A stretch of 64,000 nt of DNA, from NCBI GenBank assembly GCA_046563655.1, contig CM102285.1:4712001-4776000 (forward strand), read 5' to 3'. A program made the position numbers and the translations under genes. The notes under the pieces are model-generated. The model was not told the origin of the DNA and did not search any database. It saw nothing but the letters and a program-made list of their open reading frames with translations. This DNA is from Yuukianura sp. NJ FZ-2021 (taxonomy: Eukaryota). This document shows positions 24,512-40,036 of this stretch, one piece after another; position 1 is the first letter of the stretch, and every line of letters begins with the position of its first letter.

Positions 24512-25936
24512 TTTGTTTTCGAAAGGCCTGACTTGTTTGAAAGTTAGATCTGAACTGAACTCTGGATCAAAGAACTGAAAAATCCTGTAAACGCCAAGCC
24601 TTTTCAAAATGACCTGAACTTGAAATTGTTTGGCTTTATTTAGTCTACCGAGAAAAATCCAAATGAACCATGAGCATTAATTTTTCTAGCTAAACACTTT
24701 GCTGCGCTTGCAAAAAGCAAAAAAAAAATATATGCTGACATTTCTCGGAGATTTGGCAGAATTCCAAAAACACTTGCGAACGTTATTTTGAATTTTGACT
24801 TTGGGCTGACTTTTGAACTTCCTCCGAAATTTCCACCGAGTGAACCCGAATGATTAAAATTATTTGTTTAACAGCAACTTACGGCAAAAACTATCAAATA
24901 CTCCTAAAACTTACCAGTTAGTTCTCGTTAGTCAGTTAAATCATATCATTTTCATGTGATTTTAATCGTTTACAATCTGCATAATTTGTTGTTTGTGATG
25001 CATTAGTAGTTTGCAGTTACTGTATTTTAGGTATTGAAAGTGGCGTGCTTCTACAGCAATTATTATGTTAACAGTGTCTTGTCGTTTGTGAGCATGTTTA
25101 AACGGATTTTGGAAGTATTTATATCACCAGTGCTAAAACAGTCTTTAAAAAAATTGAATATGGGGGTTTATATGTCTTCATCCCGAATCCTATGTGAATC
25201 TGAAGTAAGAGTATTGACAGTTTTAGTTAATATTAGCAGCGTTTCGGATATTGAAAATAAAATATTGAAAAATGGTTTTCGAAATGAGCCAAACGGCTTC
25301 TCGCTGCTTTATTTTGGTTGCTCAAAAAGTGATCCTTTCTGAGTTCAAAAAATATTTCCTCTATTTCCTCTCAAACTTTTCTTTAAAAAAAATTTTTGTC
25401 TGTTTTTATTTTTAAAAAATAGAAGAACAAGTTTCTGCTTAAAACCTATGCCATGAAGGAGTACTTAAAAAAGAAACCCGGTGAACTGATTTTTTTTTGG
25501 GTTGATTTCCAGATGAAATAGAAGTTATTGGCGAATTGCCACGGAAGAGGGTAGTGTCGTTTGGGCGTTTAAAAGCGGAGGAGTGAAGTCGATTTCCACC
25601 TTGAAGAAGAGCCTGTTGGCGAGGTCAAACGACAAATGAAATGATTTCACACGCGTCTTTTAAACTGAAGTTTTCACGTCCAACCAACAGTAAAGACGAC
25701 TTTTAGCCAGAGGAAGGCGTGACCTCTCGCACTTCCTTAATTGGAATTACCTAAATCAAACAATTTGCCTTACATAAATCATTTACTTCAAACAGTGCCA
25801 GTGCGATTGTCGTAGATTGGCTTAGTATTTGTAAATTAAACAGGACAAAATTGATTCCAGTTCTTTAGAAACTTCTTGTTTTAAACTTTAAACCTTAAAT
25901 TTTATACTCACGAGTGTTTCAAAATTTCTAACTACG

Positions 25937-26711
25937 ATGAATACTCAAAGAGTCGTTGGAATTATCGGCCTCCTCCGAATTTTTACGTTGGTAAGTTTGA
26001 CAAAAGTAAAATTTCGGAAATTTTCAAACGAGTTCTTTAGTTTAATGATGAAAGGAAATTTTAGCGGACATATTGTATTTTTAGATTCTAGGTTTGATTG
26101 TGCTGATTTTAACGGGGCTTTATCACTACCCTGACCTAAGAGAGCAGTTTTTCTTTTCAATTGTGAGCATCATGTTCTCTCTGTCAATTCTGCTCCTCGT
26201 CATTCTACTATTGGATCTGCTGCAACCAAATCTCGCAAATTCCGTGGTGAATCATTTGTTTTATCTTTCAAATGTTTTCGATATCTTCCTGCTTTCGATG
26301 AATTAAATTAAAAAGAATCTTATTCATACAGGATATGAGCTTTCATCTGATTGGTGGGATCGTGCTCCTCCTGGCGACGGGAATGATGATGTACTCTGTG
26401 TTCTCAATTGGAAATAGTTGTCACTTCTATGACAAAGTTTTCGACTGGTGTCCATACTTGCCATTTCCTCCTCGTGTGGCGCTTGTAGTAAGCTTTCGTA
26501 TAACTTGAAAACTAAAATCTACAAAAAATTATAGAGAGAGTAAAAGTACGGAGTAATGTGCTTGTCCAATTTTAATTCCTTCTCAATTACAAATACAATT
26601 TCGCCTGCAACATGTAAGAGACGTATTTGTATTTTACAGATTCTCGCGGTTATCAATGGAATTATCTACGTGATGTGTGGCAGCTTTATCAGGGGAACCG
26701 AATATTTCTGA
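25937..26711 (+). CDS. Four-transmembrane MARVEL-like protein, 4 exons
   Basis: Exons at about 25937-25990, 26085-26246, 26332-26487 and 26640-26711 join in frame. GLLRIFTLILGLIVLIL start and ILAVINGIIY last helix. Confidence 0.65.
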
Positions 26712-27984
26712 ATTGCCCGCCCTTCCAAAAAATACCTCGTGACTAATTTTCGCCTGCAAAGTTAACAATAACAAACCCAAATCCGCGGCTTTTACTTATA
26801 GAAAGTTGACGCCAACTTCAAACCAACCTATACAAATATGTCGCTGAATAATAAGTAATCGTCAGAAATTCATCGCTTACTTTTCTGGTAGGACATCAGG
26901 ATAGGAGGCCAATGCTGTGGACGATTTTTTTTTCAAAAACTTTTGCGAGGTGGAGGAAGTAACTAACAATAGGAATAGCTTTTTGTTGAGTTTTTTGAGG
27001 TTTTCTCTAATAGTTTCTCCCTCCACTTTGAGAAACAACAAAAGAAGTTCTAAAAGTCACATCGATTTTAGCAATTACAAAGTCCCGGACGCCCTCAACT
27101 CAACTTTCCAATGCTGAAGAAAGTCAAAAAATACCCATGTTTTCAAAATTCCATTAAAAATTAAAAATTAATTACACCATTTGTTGTCAGATAACGGAAG
27201 TTTTAAGTACTTACACTGCCATTTGCCCACCTGAAAACAAAACTCAAATTCGCTAAAAATTCAATGCAAAATTGAGATGAAAACGAAAATTGAACTAAGC
27301 GTTTCCCTAAACCACTGCCCATGGGCAGTCTAACATTGAAGCTGGATTGTTAAGTTTACCGAATGAACACAAACGGTTCTGTAAACAATCAAAACTTTAT
27401 TATAGTATAATTTGACATTAATTTTAAAAAATCAAACAAACTCTGAGGCACAAAATACGAATTCTAACATTGAAAATTAAAATTTATCAAACCTTTAAAG
27501 TCAAATACTTGTTTTGTTCTTTGCAAAAAATGGACTAGGGTAACACACTCAACAAGGTTCCCTTTGGGTGACATACTATCTCTGTGTAACATCGACATCA
27601 CTTTTACATAAGTTTATCTTAAAATCTACTATGATACAAGAAAATACTGTGCTTTGGTAATGGCTTATTCGCAGAATAAACAACAAAATATTTCTGCTGT
27701 TGTACTCGTAGCGAACTTAAAGCTTATCTAGACCCTAAATCGTAATTTTGCACATTTGTTGCACACTTTTGAATTCAAATTCCCTATGTCAAAAATAGAC
27801 AGACTAGTCTTTTACAACTACTATGGACTCATGCGCAGTATGTTTAAGTATAACGATAAGCTACCACTAACAGTCAAGCTATGTAGAATAATTTTCCTAA
27901 GAAGTTACATTACTGTCTTTTACAGGATTCTTTGGACATGAATGAAGAAAGGCAAAATGGAAGTTCTATGTTTGCTTTTACACT

Positions 27985-29419
27985 TTATGCGCCAGAGGTC
28001 GTGAGTGTTGACATTGCGGAGATTTCAGTATCTGAATGCTCCTTGGGACTGTGACAGTTGGACTGCAGTCCTGCGCAGCGATTTGAGCGCATGCATGACG
28101 ATTCAATGTGTTTACAGAGATACGATTTCAGCGCAAACGTCTTCTGGCAACGGGAACAAGTGAAGGGCTTCTCGGAGGAGTGCGTCTGAACATGCGCACG
28201 CAAGTTCGATTTGTCGGCGAAGGCTTTGGTACAAACTGTGCACTTGAACGGCTTCTCGCCTAAAATTTTGAAACAAACTTTTTCCTTCATAAAAAGAAAC
28301 ATGAAAAAGGAGTTGCTTTAAGCTGCAATTTTCCTGAACGTTTATAAAAAATTACGAAATTCATGACAATGCTATCTTAATACTTTTGATTTGAGTGTAC
28401 CACCCGGGAAACTTATTTTAAACCTTACCCGTATGCGTTCGCAAATGACCTTGCAGAAGCCATGGACGAGAAAACCCTTTTCCGCAAAAATGGCACTTGC
28501 ATCCCTATTTAAAAAATATTAAAATTTTTAGTTCAAATATTATTTTGGCGACAATGCAAGTTTGAGGCTCAAACTTGGAGCTGAATTTGAATCTGCGAGT
28601 TACCTGGTTATGTGTTCTGAGATGCATTGAGAAAGCAGGCATTGAGACGTAGACCTTGTCGCAGTTGGGACATTTCTTCACTGCAGAAGAGTCCGTTGGA
28701 GAGCGATGCGTTTGACGATGGCGTGCCAAGTTGCTGAGTGTTGAAAATCCACGACCACATTCAACGCAGACATGACGACTATTTCCGGAATAAGACTTCG
28801 TTCCGGTACTACCCCTCTGACGGAGCTTCTTGTGACTATTCGGAAAGGATTCTGGTTCTCCCTCTTCTGCATCCAGCGTCGCCGTGGAAGATGTAGACGA
28901 CTCGGCTGGCGACTGCTGACTGTTGCCATCGTTGCCTCTGGCCAAACTAACCTGAAATCAAGAAACCAGTAGCAATTTACATCAAAATCCATTATTGTTC
29001 AAAAACGCTTTTCTGTGCTCCTGAGCAAAAACTGTTGCAGGACATCACCTAAGTAAACAAAAACTTTGAAATGTATCCAGGAAAAAAATGCAAACCTCTG
29101 CCAATTGCGTCAAATTGAAAAGATCCAACTTCTTTAATGACAAATTGACAGGCTTGTCTTCGTCTATGACCAGAGTCCATTCTCGCTCATCCGGTGAATG
29201 CCGATCGTCTTCGTCCACTTCCGGTCTCCTCGTCCACGACGATGAACGGACCTCAGACGTGACAGAATTCCGACAAGAGTCTTCGACGCCTTCCGTTCTG
29301 TAGTGGAATCCATCTTCATCTTTGTCTTCATCACACTTGCTACTTTCTCGCCATATCCTAGGTATGTTAAGTTTGTAGAGATCGTAGCGCTTGTTGGTGA
29401 GGAGAAAGGCTTTTGGCAT
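27985..29419 (-). CDS. Scratch-type (Snail superfamily) C2H2 zinc-finger transcription factor
   Basis: SNAG-like MPKAFLL start and five fingers including [56 protein letters not shown] and FALKSYLCKH. The exact paralog cannot be determined. Confidence 0.93.
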
Positions 29420-32400
29420 GGCTCGGACAGTACTTGGGCTCCGCAGATTTGGGACACGTCCACGTCGGAAGACAGCCCGGACAGTGCTGGCGAGGCACAG
29501 TGCGGATGAGCCAGTGGCGAAGTGTGTTGAGCTTCAAGTAGTTGTTGGCCCACCACTGCTTGGGTCCTGCTTCCGAAAATAAACTTGGAAGATGGTAGGG
29601 GAGACGGAAGCATTCCTACGCTCGGGGAGAAAGCAATGAATAACGACTTCGGCTTGTGCCTCAGATGCTTAGTTCATACAACTACGTTTGTTCAAACAGA
29701 ACCTAATGGAAGGAGATTATTATTTAAGATTCCGGGCATCTTTTTTGCCCTGGTTCCCCAGCCTCATCTGCCACAGCCTCTCAAGACACCTTTTCTCCCC
29801 GGCCCAACAAAGCGGAAGTGCTAAGATTCATTTTTGACAATTCCAAACGCAGCTTTCGAAGCCAAATGCATCTTACCACTTTCAACCACCAGGCGCTGCC
29901 AGATCACATCCAGATTTACCTACCATGAACATAACGTTCTGTTTTATGAACCTCTTCAATTTAGTACTATCTAATCTGCTAACTTCTTAGACGTCACTAC
30001 ATTGGAAAAACCACCTACCAAATACTTCAAACTTCCACATTTGCCAATAGTTGCTCAAATATATTTAAAAAAAACTGAGTTTTTCAATTTTTTTCTGACG
30101 TCGAAAGAAAAGCAAACTTAAAACTTAGACACGCAAGGCCCCGTTTCTAATAATAACATTTTGTTCTTAGATGAAAGTGATTTGAAGATGATTAGCATGT
30201 AGAAGTCATTGTATTCGGGTCGAAAGATGTGCTATGTGTGACATCCGTCGTCAGGAACAACAGAATGGAAAACTTTTTACGAACCAGAATGAGTGACTTG
30301 GCACCAAATACTTTAGAAATGACTTACGTCTTCATATAGTATACTATGCTCGTGTGCTAATATTTTAGAACATATTGCCTTCTAAATTCAGAAGTACATA
30401 GGTACTTCTGAATATTTTTCAGTAGTCTCATATACGACTACTGAAAAAATATCATAAGTGTGGAACGAAAACACAGTTCCATAGTTGACAAACCACGTCA
30501 ATAGTTTTGAGGAACTATGAACTTATTTTTTGAAACTAATTTAAGACGAAGTTCATTTGAATTTTTATAAAAAGCTTTTTTAAAACATCGTAGGAGCCAT
30601 TCCAATTGGTTCCAATTTTTCTGTGGCAAGACACCTGTGACATGGGCTGAAAGTGGTTTTGTTGGCCATGGCCCAAGTAACCACCATTTCATTCGAATTG
30701 CGTTTTTTGGTGACTTCTGGCGCTCGGTGACACGTCAATCGCCCCCTCAAAAACCAGTCCACCCAAGTTTTTGAATGAAACACTTTTGATAGTGTGCCAA
30801 TGTCGTAGTGAAGCGTTCATCTCAGACTGAGATGAAGAAAACTATATCCTTGAGTGTGTGACATATTTTCAGTTTTCAACAGAATTCAAATTAGTTTTTG
30901 CAAATTCTGGGGAAACCGCAACAAATCCGAATTCCCATTTACTTCCGCCACTTTAAGCCAAAATAAAGCCAATGATTTCGGACCAAACGTCATTTTGTGG
31001 ACAATTGAGCATCAATTCAGCGTAGCTTCCGGTTTGCCTGGAGAAATGCAATGAGGAACCTGTTTCTGTGATTCATTGATGCGGAAGTTAGGATGATAAA
31101 AATGAATCAGTCATGTTATGTTGAAGAAGTAGAGGAAGCAGACCGACTCGTACAGTAAACTTCCCCTGGACCACACATCTGCTCGTGCGTCTACACTTTA
31201 AAAAACGCCCAAACCAAAACCCGCTTTTCGGTGTTTTCTGCCCCGTCAAAGTCCAACCCGAAGTTTTCAGGGCCCACTGCTCTTTTGGTCTGAATGGCGA
31301 CCGTCAGTATTTAGGAATTCATCCATTCCCGCACATTCGATTGACGTAAAAAGGGTTCCGTTCATGGGCTTCTGTGTTTTAAGTTCATACAGCACCTCAT
31401 AAGAAAATCGGTTTTGAATACAAGTTTCGCTATTATAATACTAGTAATTCCAATTCCCTCACTCGTATGGAACGACACTGGACCAATAATGCATCTCTGG
31501 ACTTAAATTAGCTTATCCGTAGAGAGGGTTTTCAATATGCGTGAATTCCTCGCATCTCTCTGAAGAAAGTTTTTCAACTTGGAAAAAAATTGTATTTCGA
31601 ACTTCATGTTTTGTTTAGGTTGTCCGACCGATTGGGAAAAAAATTATGACAATTTTTTACAAGAACGACTGAAAACAGAGAAAGATTTCAACATCAACTA
31701 AAGATTGAAAAGATTGAAAAATGCGTAAACTGACGTATTTCCTGGTTGAAAAGTAAATCCCAGAATATAACAATTTGGGAAAAATGTGCAGCATTATTAG
31801 GTGTCTCAATAATGTCTTTAGTCTAGACTAAATTGTTAAGCTTAATTATAGTTTAGAGCGTCGTAGTTCGTCAGTATAAAAATGCTATTGGTAAATCTCC
31901 CCGTTGAGTCTCAAAAAAGTTGTTAAGGTTTGTACGGAGGATCTCCAAAATTAGGATGAGATTTTGTTAAGAATTGGGATTGAATGAACTGCCACCAGTG
32001 TAGGTATGAATAGAAGTTGTTTGGATATTGAACGATACTATAAACAACTACTCAAACACAATGCTGCCACCATTTCTCCGAAATACATGTGCCTTCACTC
32101 TGGCACATGCTTTCCAGTAGCCCTCAGAGGCACCATGTATTTATTCGTAAGGGACTGATGAACTCCCTCCACTGCATTCCCTTCATTATCCAAATAAACA
32201 GTCATCACTTCAAAGTTCATGAACGGCCCAAGCCACCTACAGCTTCTTTCTTATGCCTTCCACTTTGGCGAAACTTTTTTTAAAAATAACAGGATACTTT
32301 ACCGCCGAATTGAAGTTTCAGCGATCTGTTGCTTTTTGCAATAATTAGATATTCACTCAAGGATTTTCGTGCAGCATTTTAGCAGTATATGCGTTGAAGA

Positions 32401-33240
32401 GTTTGCAGCGGATATGCGCATGTGTTGCTTGTTTGGTTTGAAAGGTCCTGAGAGGGCTAGATTTCATTGAAGTGGAACCATTACTGGTTGCTGTTGCTGT
32501 CACTGACACCTTTAGTTTTCATGTGTGTAGAGTAAGGGGATACTTTCGGAGTATTGAAGGTGCGTGTGGTGGTACTTAACCCTTAAGACGACATTTGGCG
32601 CGTGCCAGAGTCCGGGGGATGAAATGTGGTCAATTAGAACTTTTGAAGTAAAATGTGGAGAAAGGGGATGCTTTTACAGGAGTTTCTTCCAGAAAGTGCA
32701 GTTACACTTACAATATGGGGATGAAGATGCGGAGGGGTGAAAGACGTGAGGGCTTCAGCATCCGTAGGGATCAGTTTCCTTGGGACACGAGACATTGCAG
32801 ATGCTGAGTGAAATGACCAAGAAGTGCGCCTAATTTCTTAATGGCTTTCCTCGAACTATGAGATAATCTATGAAAACCGAAATCTAAGCATTGTGTTACG
32901 GTGCATTTGGTTTGGATTACCTTTAACTTAATAGTTAATAGGTTAGGTTTGTCTAGCATAATTTCATTGTTAATTACCTAATTTAGCTCGCTAGGATTTT
33001 GGTGTGCTTAGATTTTTGGATGCTTTGTTATGACCTCGTCCTGGGTAAAGTTCAATTTTTTCATTTTACAGATCTTAAGCATAGCGCGTTACGGTTAACC
33101 ATGGTGTCTCCGCGTGACCTGCCGTTTGTGGCGTTTGGGAAGAAACCCATTCCCACTCGCCACTGGATGAGGATTGCATGGAAGAGATAGCTGGGATAGC
33201 TGCCTTCCAATTGCTCCATCCTTCGAGAGGTTTGTAGAAT

Positions 33241-33316
33241 GTGGCCTGATAGCATAAGGGCAGTGCAGTCTCCCCGGATTGGAGAAAGACGTGGGTTCGA
33301 ATCCCACTCGGTCACT
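33241..33316 (+). ncRNA. tRNA-like Pol III cassette in 5' LTR
   Basis: Acceptor-like GTGGCC/GGTCAC, A-box-like TAGCATAAGGG, stem TCTCC/GGAGA, T arm GTGGG-TTCGAAT-CCCAC and a downstream T6. Confidence 0.7.
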
Positions 33317-33539
33317 TATTTTTTCTACACTCTCGTTCTTTGTCTCTCAAGCCATGTGACCCCTGAACGTCACATATGGCGCCCAACGCCGGGATACGGC
33401 AATAGGGGGCTTGAGGGGCGGGTGGTGTGGCGTTTGGGAAGAAACCCATTCCCACTCGCCACTGGATGAGGATTGCATGGAAGAGATAGCTGGGATAGCT
33501 GCCTTCCAATTGCTCCATCCTTCGAGAGGTTTGTAGAAT

Positions 33540-33614
33540 GTGGCCTGATAGCATAAGGGCAGTGCAGTCTCCCGGATTGGAGAAAGACGTGGGTTCGAAT
33601 CCCACTCGGTCACT
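33540..33614 (+). ncRNA. tRNA-like Pol III cassette in 3' LTR
   Basis: Same as the first copy, with one C fewer in the anticodon arm. Confidence 0.7.
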
Positions 33615-33750
33615 TATTTTTTCTACACTCTCGTTCTTTGTCTCTCAAGCCATGTGACCCCTGAACGTCACACGTTCCAGAATGCTGGGTCATGTTTCGT
33701 TACTTTCGTACACTTCGATTTACAACCGATTTAACGAAAAAGTCAATACT

Positions 33751-36384
33751 TTATTTAAGATATTGGTACATTGTATTGATTTGGTTGAGTTCCAACTTCT
33801 TCGGATTGACTAGCAAAATTATTCGAGCTGTGCCATATTCTTTTCTGCTTATGTGGGCAACAAATTCCGCAAGAAATGAAACCAGAGTTAGCGTAATACA
33901 GAACGCATAGATGTAAAAGAGAACGCGGATTTTAGTATTTAAAGTCAGCACCTTTGGAATTTTGGTTTGATCTTCCAGTTTTCCAAAACTCTCCCTCAAC
34001 TCCTTCATCCACTGTATGGAGTCGTTCAGTTTTACTAATTCGTCTAGTCTGTCGTTGATTCCCGCTTCCACAAAACCAGCTAGACGGCGTTGTAGTTCCG
34101 GCCGAGCGATATGTAGCGGATGGAGGGTGATGCCCCACTTGGTACTTCTGAGTACTTTAGTCTTATCTTGCAGAATGTAAAGGCTCTGGTTCAGTGACCT
34201 CTGGGGGTCAAACTGGTCCAGGTACAAATACTTGCTAAGCAGATCAGCCGAGTCAATGTACATTCCGCCATCGCAAGTATCCACTTCCTTTTTAACAGTG
34301 GTGTTACATCTACGCGGTTTCGTGTTTTTTGCGAGTTTCATCAAAATTTGACCTTTACGTGTGTCAATACTCGATTCGTTGAATTTTTCAAACGATTTTG
34401 CTTTTGCCAGGTTTTGGTACAGCGTGAGCCTCGCATCGGTAGACTGCGGAATATCATCTATCATTTCGACGCGTGCGTGGAACGTGAAGTAGTCTGCACA
34501 TGTCTCTACGAGTTCAGTCCCCATCAGAGGTGCATGAAGTTCAATTCCTTCTGTGAGGAAGTCTATGAGAGGTTTGAATGCAGTGTCAAGGTCATTCGGG
34601 TAGTTACAGCATCCGAGAGAGAAAGGAGCGACGAATTCGTAGTGTTCGCTTACGGAAGTTAACCCGAGGTCGATTGCAGCTTCGAGTGATTCTATGCCGG
34701 ATTCGTCAAAAGGTTTAACCAAAGATGTTATGACTGTTCCCTTGTAGCCATTAGAAAGAACCACGCCAGTTACAATGAAAACGGCAAAAATTGGCGGGAA
34801 AGACAACATTTTAAATTTTTTGCCCGTAATGCTGAAGGACGCTTCCATAAAAATTGAGATGAGCAGAAACGGGAGAATAGGTTGGAGCTGCTTGTACTGT
34901 GGCAAGAACCAGTAGCCTATGCACGGGACTGCGCAAGCGCAGAGGAGGCCAAGCCAAACTGCCCAGGTGAATGGTTGGACATAGTCGTACAAGCCCATTT
35001 TCGTTTGGAGTCCGGAACATGTGATAGCAGCTCGGTTGACGTCGGCCACAGAGACAAATAGTGTGTCTGACCCCACATTCTTCTGGAGAAAAGGCTTCAA
35101 ACTGAGGTCAACGACCCATTCGCTGGGTTGCCACAGAAGACCAAGCATTCGAAGGAACAGGGTGTCCATACTTGCATAGATGACGCGTGACGAGTTAAAT
35201 CCTCTACCGATCAGCGCAATAATTTCCGACTGTGTGGCGTTGACACTGGGGTAGTAAATTTTGTCGTAGGGTTTTGGCGGGTCTTTGAAGTGGGAGTAAA
35301 TCAGGATACTAATCTTAGAATTCTTAAACTCAGCAACGCTCTTCATGACCTTAGTTTGATTCAAACCTGAAACATAACGGCAATAATTGTCATTACTAGC
35401 TTGGACCCGTGGAGTGGCCTAGTATTAACAAAGGTCAAAACCAATGACCTTTGTTTGATTGGTTTTGACTTAGGTTTTGGTTTCATTAAATTTAACTCTG
35501 GCTTTAGCTTGGGCACTTGACTTGACCGTGACCATTAACCCCGCTCATTGACCTTTAGCCGAAATTACGTGTCGTACAAATATCTTACCGCTCAGGATAG
35601 AAACCCTTTCCGCATATTCTGTGACGTACAAATTGTTTGCTAGAGAAATTCCAATGTAGCAGCTCACGCCTTCAGGAGTCTCAGTTTCCCATTGCGGTGC
35701 CACCGTCACGATGGGGATGTAGAAGAATGACATTGAGGTTCTGTCGTTAGCGGATACGCTGTCATGCTCTGATTTCCGAGACCTTCTATGGACATCCAGA
35801 AATTCCTCCGGAGAGGTCAGGATACCGATAAAAATTTGAGCGGGAGAAAATGGCGGGAAAGTATATTCTTTGAGATCCAATTCCAAGGCGTAAGATTCCG
35901 TTGCTCCCTTCGTGTGCCATGAAAATTGTTGCATCTCTGCCCTGCTCCAGTATTGGTTCATGTACCAGTAAATGTCAACCTCATCCTCGACCTCTTCCGG
36001 TGGGTAGAGGCTAAGGACAGCTAGACACCTCATACCTCGTATCATATAGTTTTGGGTGACGTAGGGACATAAATGGCCGTGGTAGCTGAAGGTATGGTTG
36101 GATCCAAAGCTGCGTCGCCTGTTTTTAGTGCTGTTCCCTTCGTCGCATGACTTGTTGACATAGGGGTCAAAGTAGGGCGTCGCCAGGGCAACCGGCACGG
36201 AGGACGAGAAAATGTCACTGATGATTGGCGGGAGTAAAGGGATGATTGTGTGATTGTAGAGAATGAGCTGCACGTAACAATTTTTCCATTGTTGAATGAA
36301 CGGACTCACATTTATTAAATCTTGACGTGAATTTTGAAATACGTATTGCAGAAAGAATATTTTGGAAAAATACCTGTACCCCAT
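33751..36384 (-). CDS. Divergent ionotropic receptor (variant iGluR)-like protein, 2 exons
   Basis: Exons at about 36384-35589 and 35366-33751 join in frame. Motifs YVQPFTWAVWLGLL (M1), VLSNGYKGTVITSL (M3), FVEAGI and LFYIYAFCITLTLVSFLAEF (M4). Confidence 0.8.
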
Positions 36385-37629
36385 TTTCTCAACTCCTTCA
36401 AAAAAGAAATTCAATACAGCTCACATTCCTTCAAAGTCAAACTTATTTCTAAAATACGATTTTGAATCTCGTGCAGTTCACAAAAATCCCATGTGACTTT
36501 CTCGTTGTCAACAAAGCTTACTATTTGCACAATTTCTTTTTCATCAAAAATGACATAGCACGAAGTTTCAAGTTTGAAATTTTTGATGCTGGACTTTGTT
36601 TTTCATGAATTCAGATAATCCCACAAGGGAAATCGCATCCCATAAGACCCCATAACCACGATATAGTTCGTTCAAAAATGTAAATGAATTATTTTAATTC
36701 ATTTCACTTTCTTATTAAAATTTAGAGGACAGTGTACTAGGTCAAAGGTCAACGGGTCTTTCGCTACTTACGTACACCGCGTAACCTAACCTTACAAGTT
36801 TTACGGTGAAAGTTTGACTATCAGAACAGTCTCCTAAATTTTTAAGTGTAGAAAAAATGATTTGGTTCTAATCTTAATGCTGACTGATTAGCATTAGCAG
36901 AGGTCATCCGTCAGTCAGGCGTCGGACTGCAGATTCCACAACTCCGTGTGTGGTTTGGTTTCATTCATCTCGCATTGACTCAAGAAAGAGTTTTCGCTTG
37001 GGTCAAACTTCGAGTTTAAATAAATCTTACGAAGAGCACACAAACGCAGCACAAAACTTTCTGTTTGTTTTTGCATAACTTGGACTTTATGCCACAGAGC
37101 AAGAAATGACTCACGAAAAAAAAATACTGCAGTTTTTATGGGGTTGTTTTCTATAAAAACTAAAGTTAAATAACATTTCATTCCAATACGTTGACCTCTG
37201 ACCTGAAGACTGATGGACTTGAAGACTCAATTGCAATCTTGTACATTTTTTTTAGTAAAATTACTTATTGGTTTTATTATTTGAAAATTGCAGCATGTTT
37301 TACATGTACGTAAACTTAAGAACGCCGATAACGCATAAATGCATCGTACAAGCCAAAAATAAATTAAAATGATGATCAGTGAGGTTTCTGAAAACTTAGG
37401 CGTTTGGAACTTTTAGACGTTTTAGTGAAAGCGGAATGACTAGAATTTAATAATATAAAAGTAGCTAGTGAAAACAACTTATTATTGTAATTCGGTTGTG
37501 AAGGTCAGCATATATGGCTTACAATTATTAGTGAGTTCGACAATAAATTATTCATAGTCAGTGATATGACAAGTGACCGGGCCATTCTAACTTTTCAGTT
37601 CCTTTTCCCAACCCCTTATGCAGACTTCT

Positions 37630-39501
<1,872 letters not shown>

Positions 39502-40036
39502 TTTTAAACAATTTGAAGTTAGACCTAGTGAACTGATATTTTTTTGAAAACTAAAACTCTCCCGAAATGCAAAAGCGTTTAGCACAAGCGTATAATCTTT
39601 TAACCCTTAGTTGACACTAAACTTTTAAAATTTAGTAAGTATAGGCGTTTACTACCCTCAAATTGATAGAAATGAAAGACTCTGCGCCCCTTGTCATTTT
39701 GAGGACAGTCAAATTGGATCGATTTGCTTCGGAAACCTTCGAAGTTCCGAGTAGAATGAGAGATGAACTCCGAATTTGGAATCAGTCGGAACAGATGAGA
39801 TCACTTCCAATAAGAGGAGAAGATGCAAAAGGAAAGGGAGCCAATGAACCCTAAAAGCTACGATGCAAGAAAAAGTTTCGTCCACTTAATTAAGTAGCGA
39901 AAGAATCTCTTATTACATTGTAATATTTGTCTGTAGCTAATGAAGTAATTTACAAAACTTTATTTCTAATTTACATAAGATGTTTTTAACTTTCGTTCCA
40001 CATAAAAATGACTTGAAGAATCGCAATCGGCTAATT

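Larger units (their letters stand above)
33127..33672 (+). mobile_element. Miniature non-autonomous LTR retrotransposon (TRIM) with tRNA-like cassettes in its LTRs
   Basis: LTRs 33127-33374 and 33426-33672 (TG...CA, differing by one C). 51-bp interior with PBS TGGCGCCCAACG and G-rich PPT. CGTT TSD at 33123-33126 and 33673-33676. Confidence 0.92.

Noticed and set aside
33061..33613. ORFs overlapping the TRIM
   Set aside because: Short, non-ATG starts, frames differ between the LTR copies, and there are no gag/pol motifs.
33241..33614. Two functional tRNA genes or a simple tandem SINE duplication
   Set aside because: The acceptor stem is imperfect, the anticodon loop is non-canonical and differs between copies, and the TSD, PBS, PPT and TG...CA ends show LTR structure.
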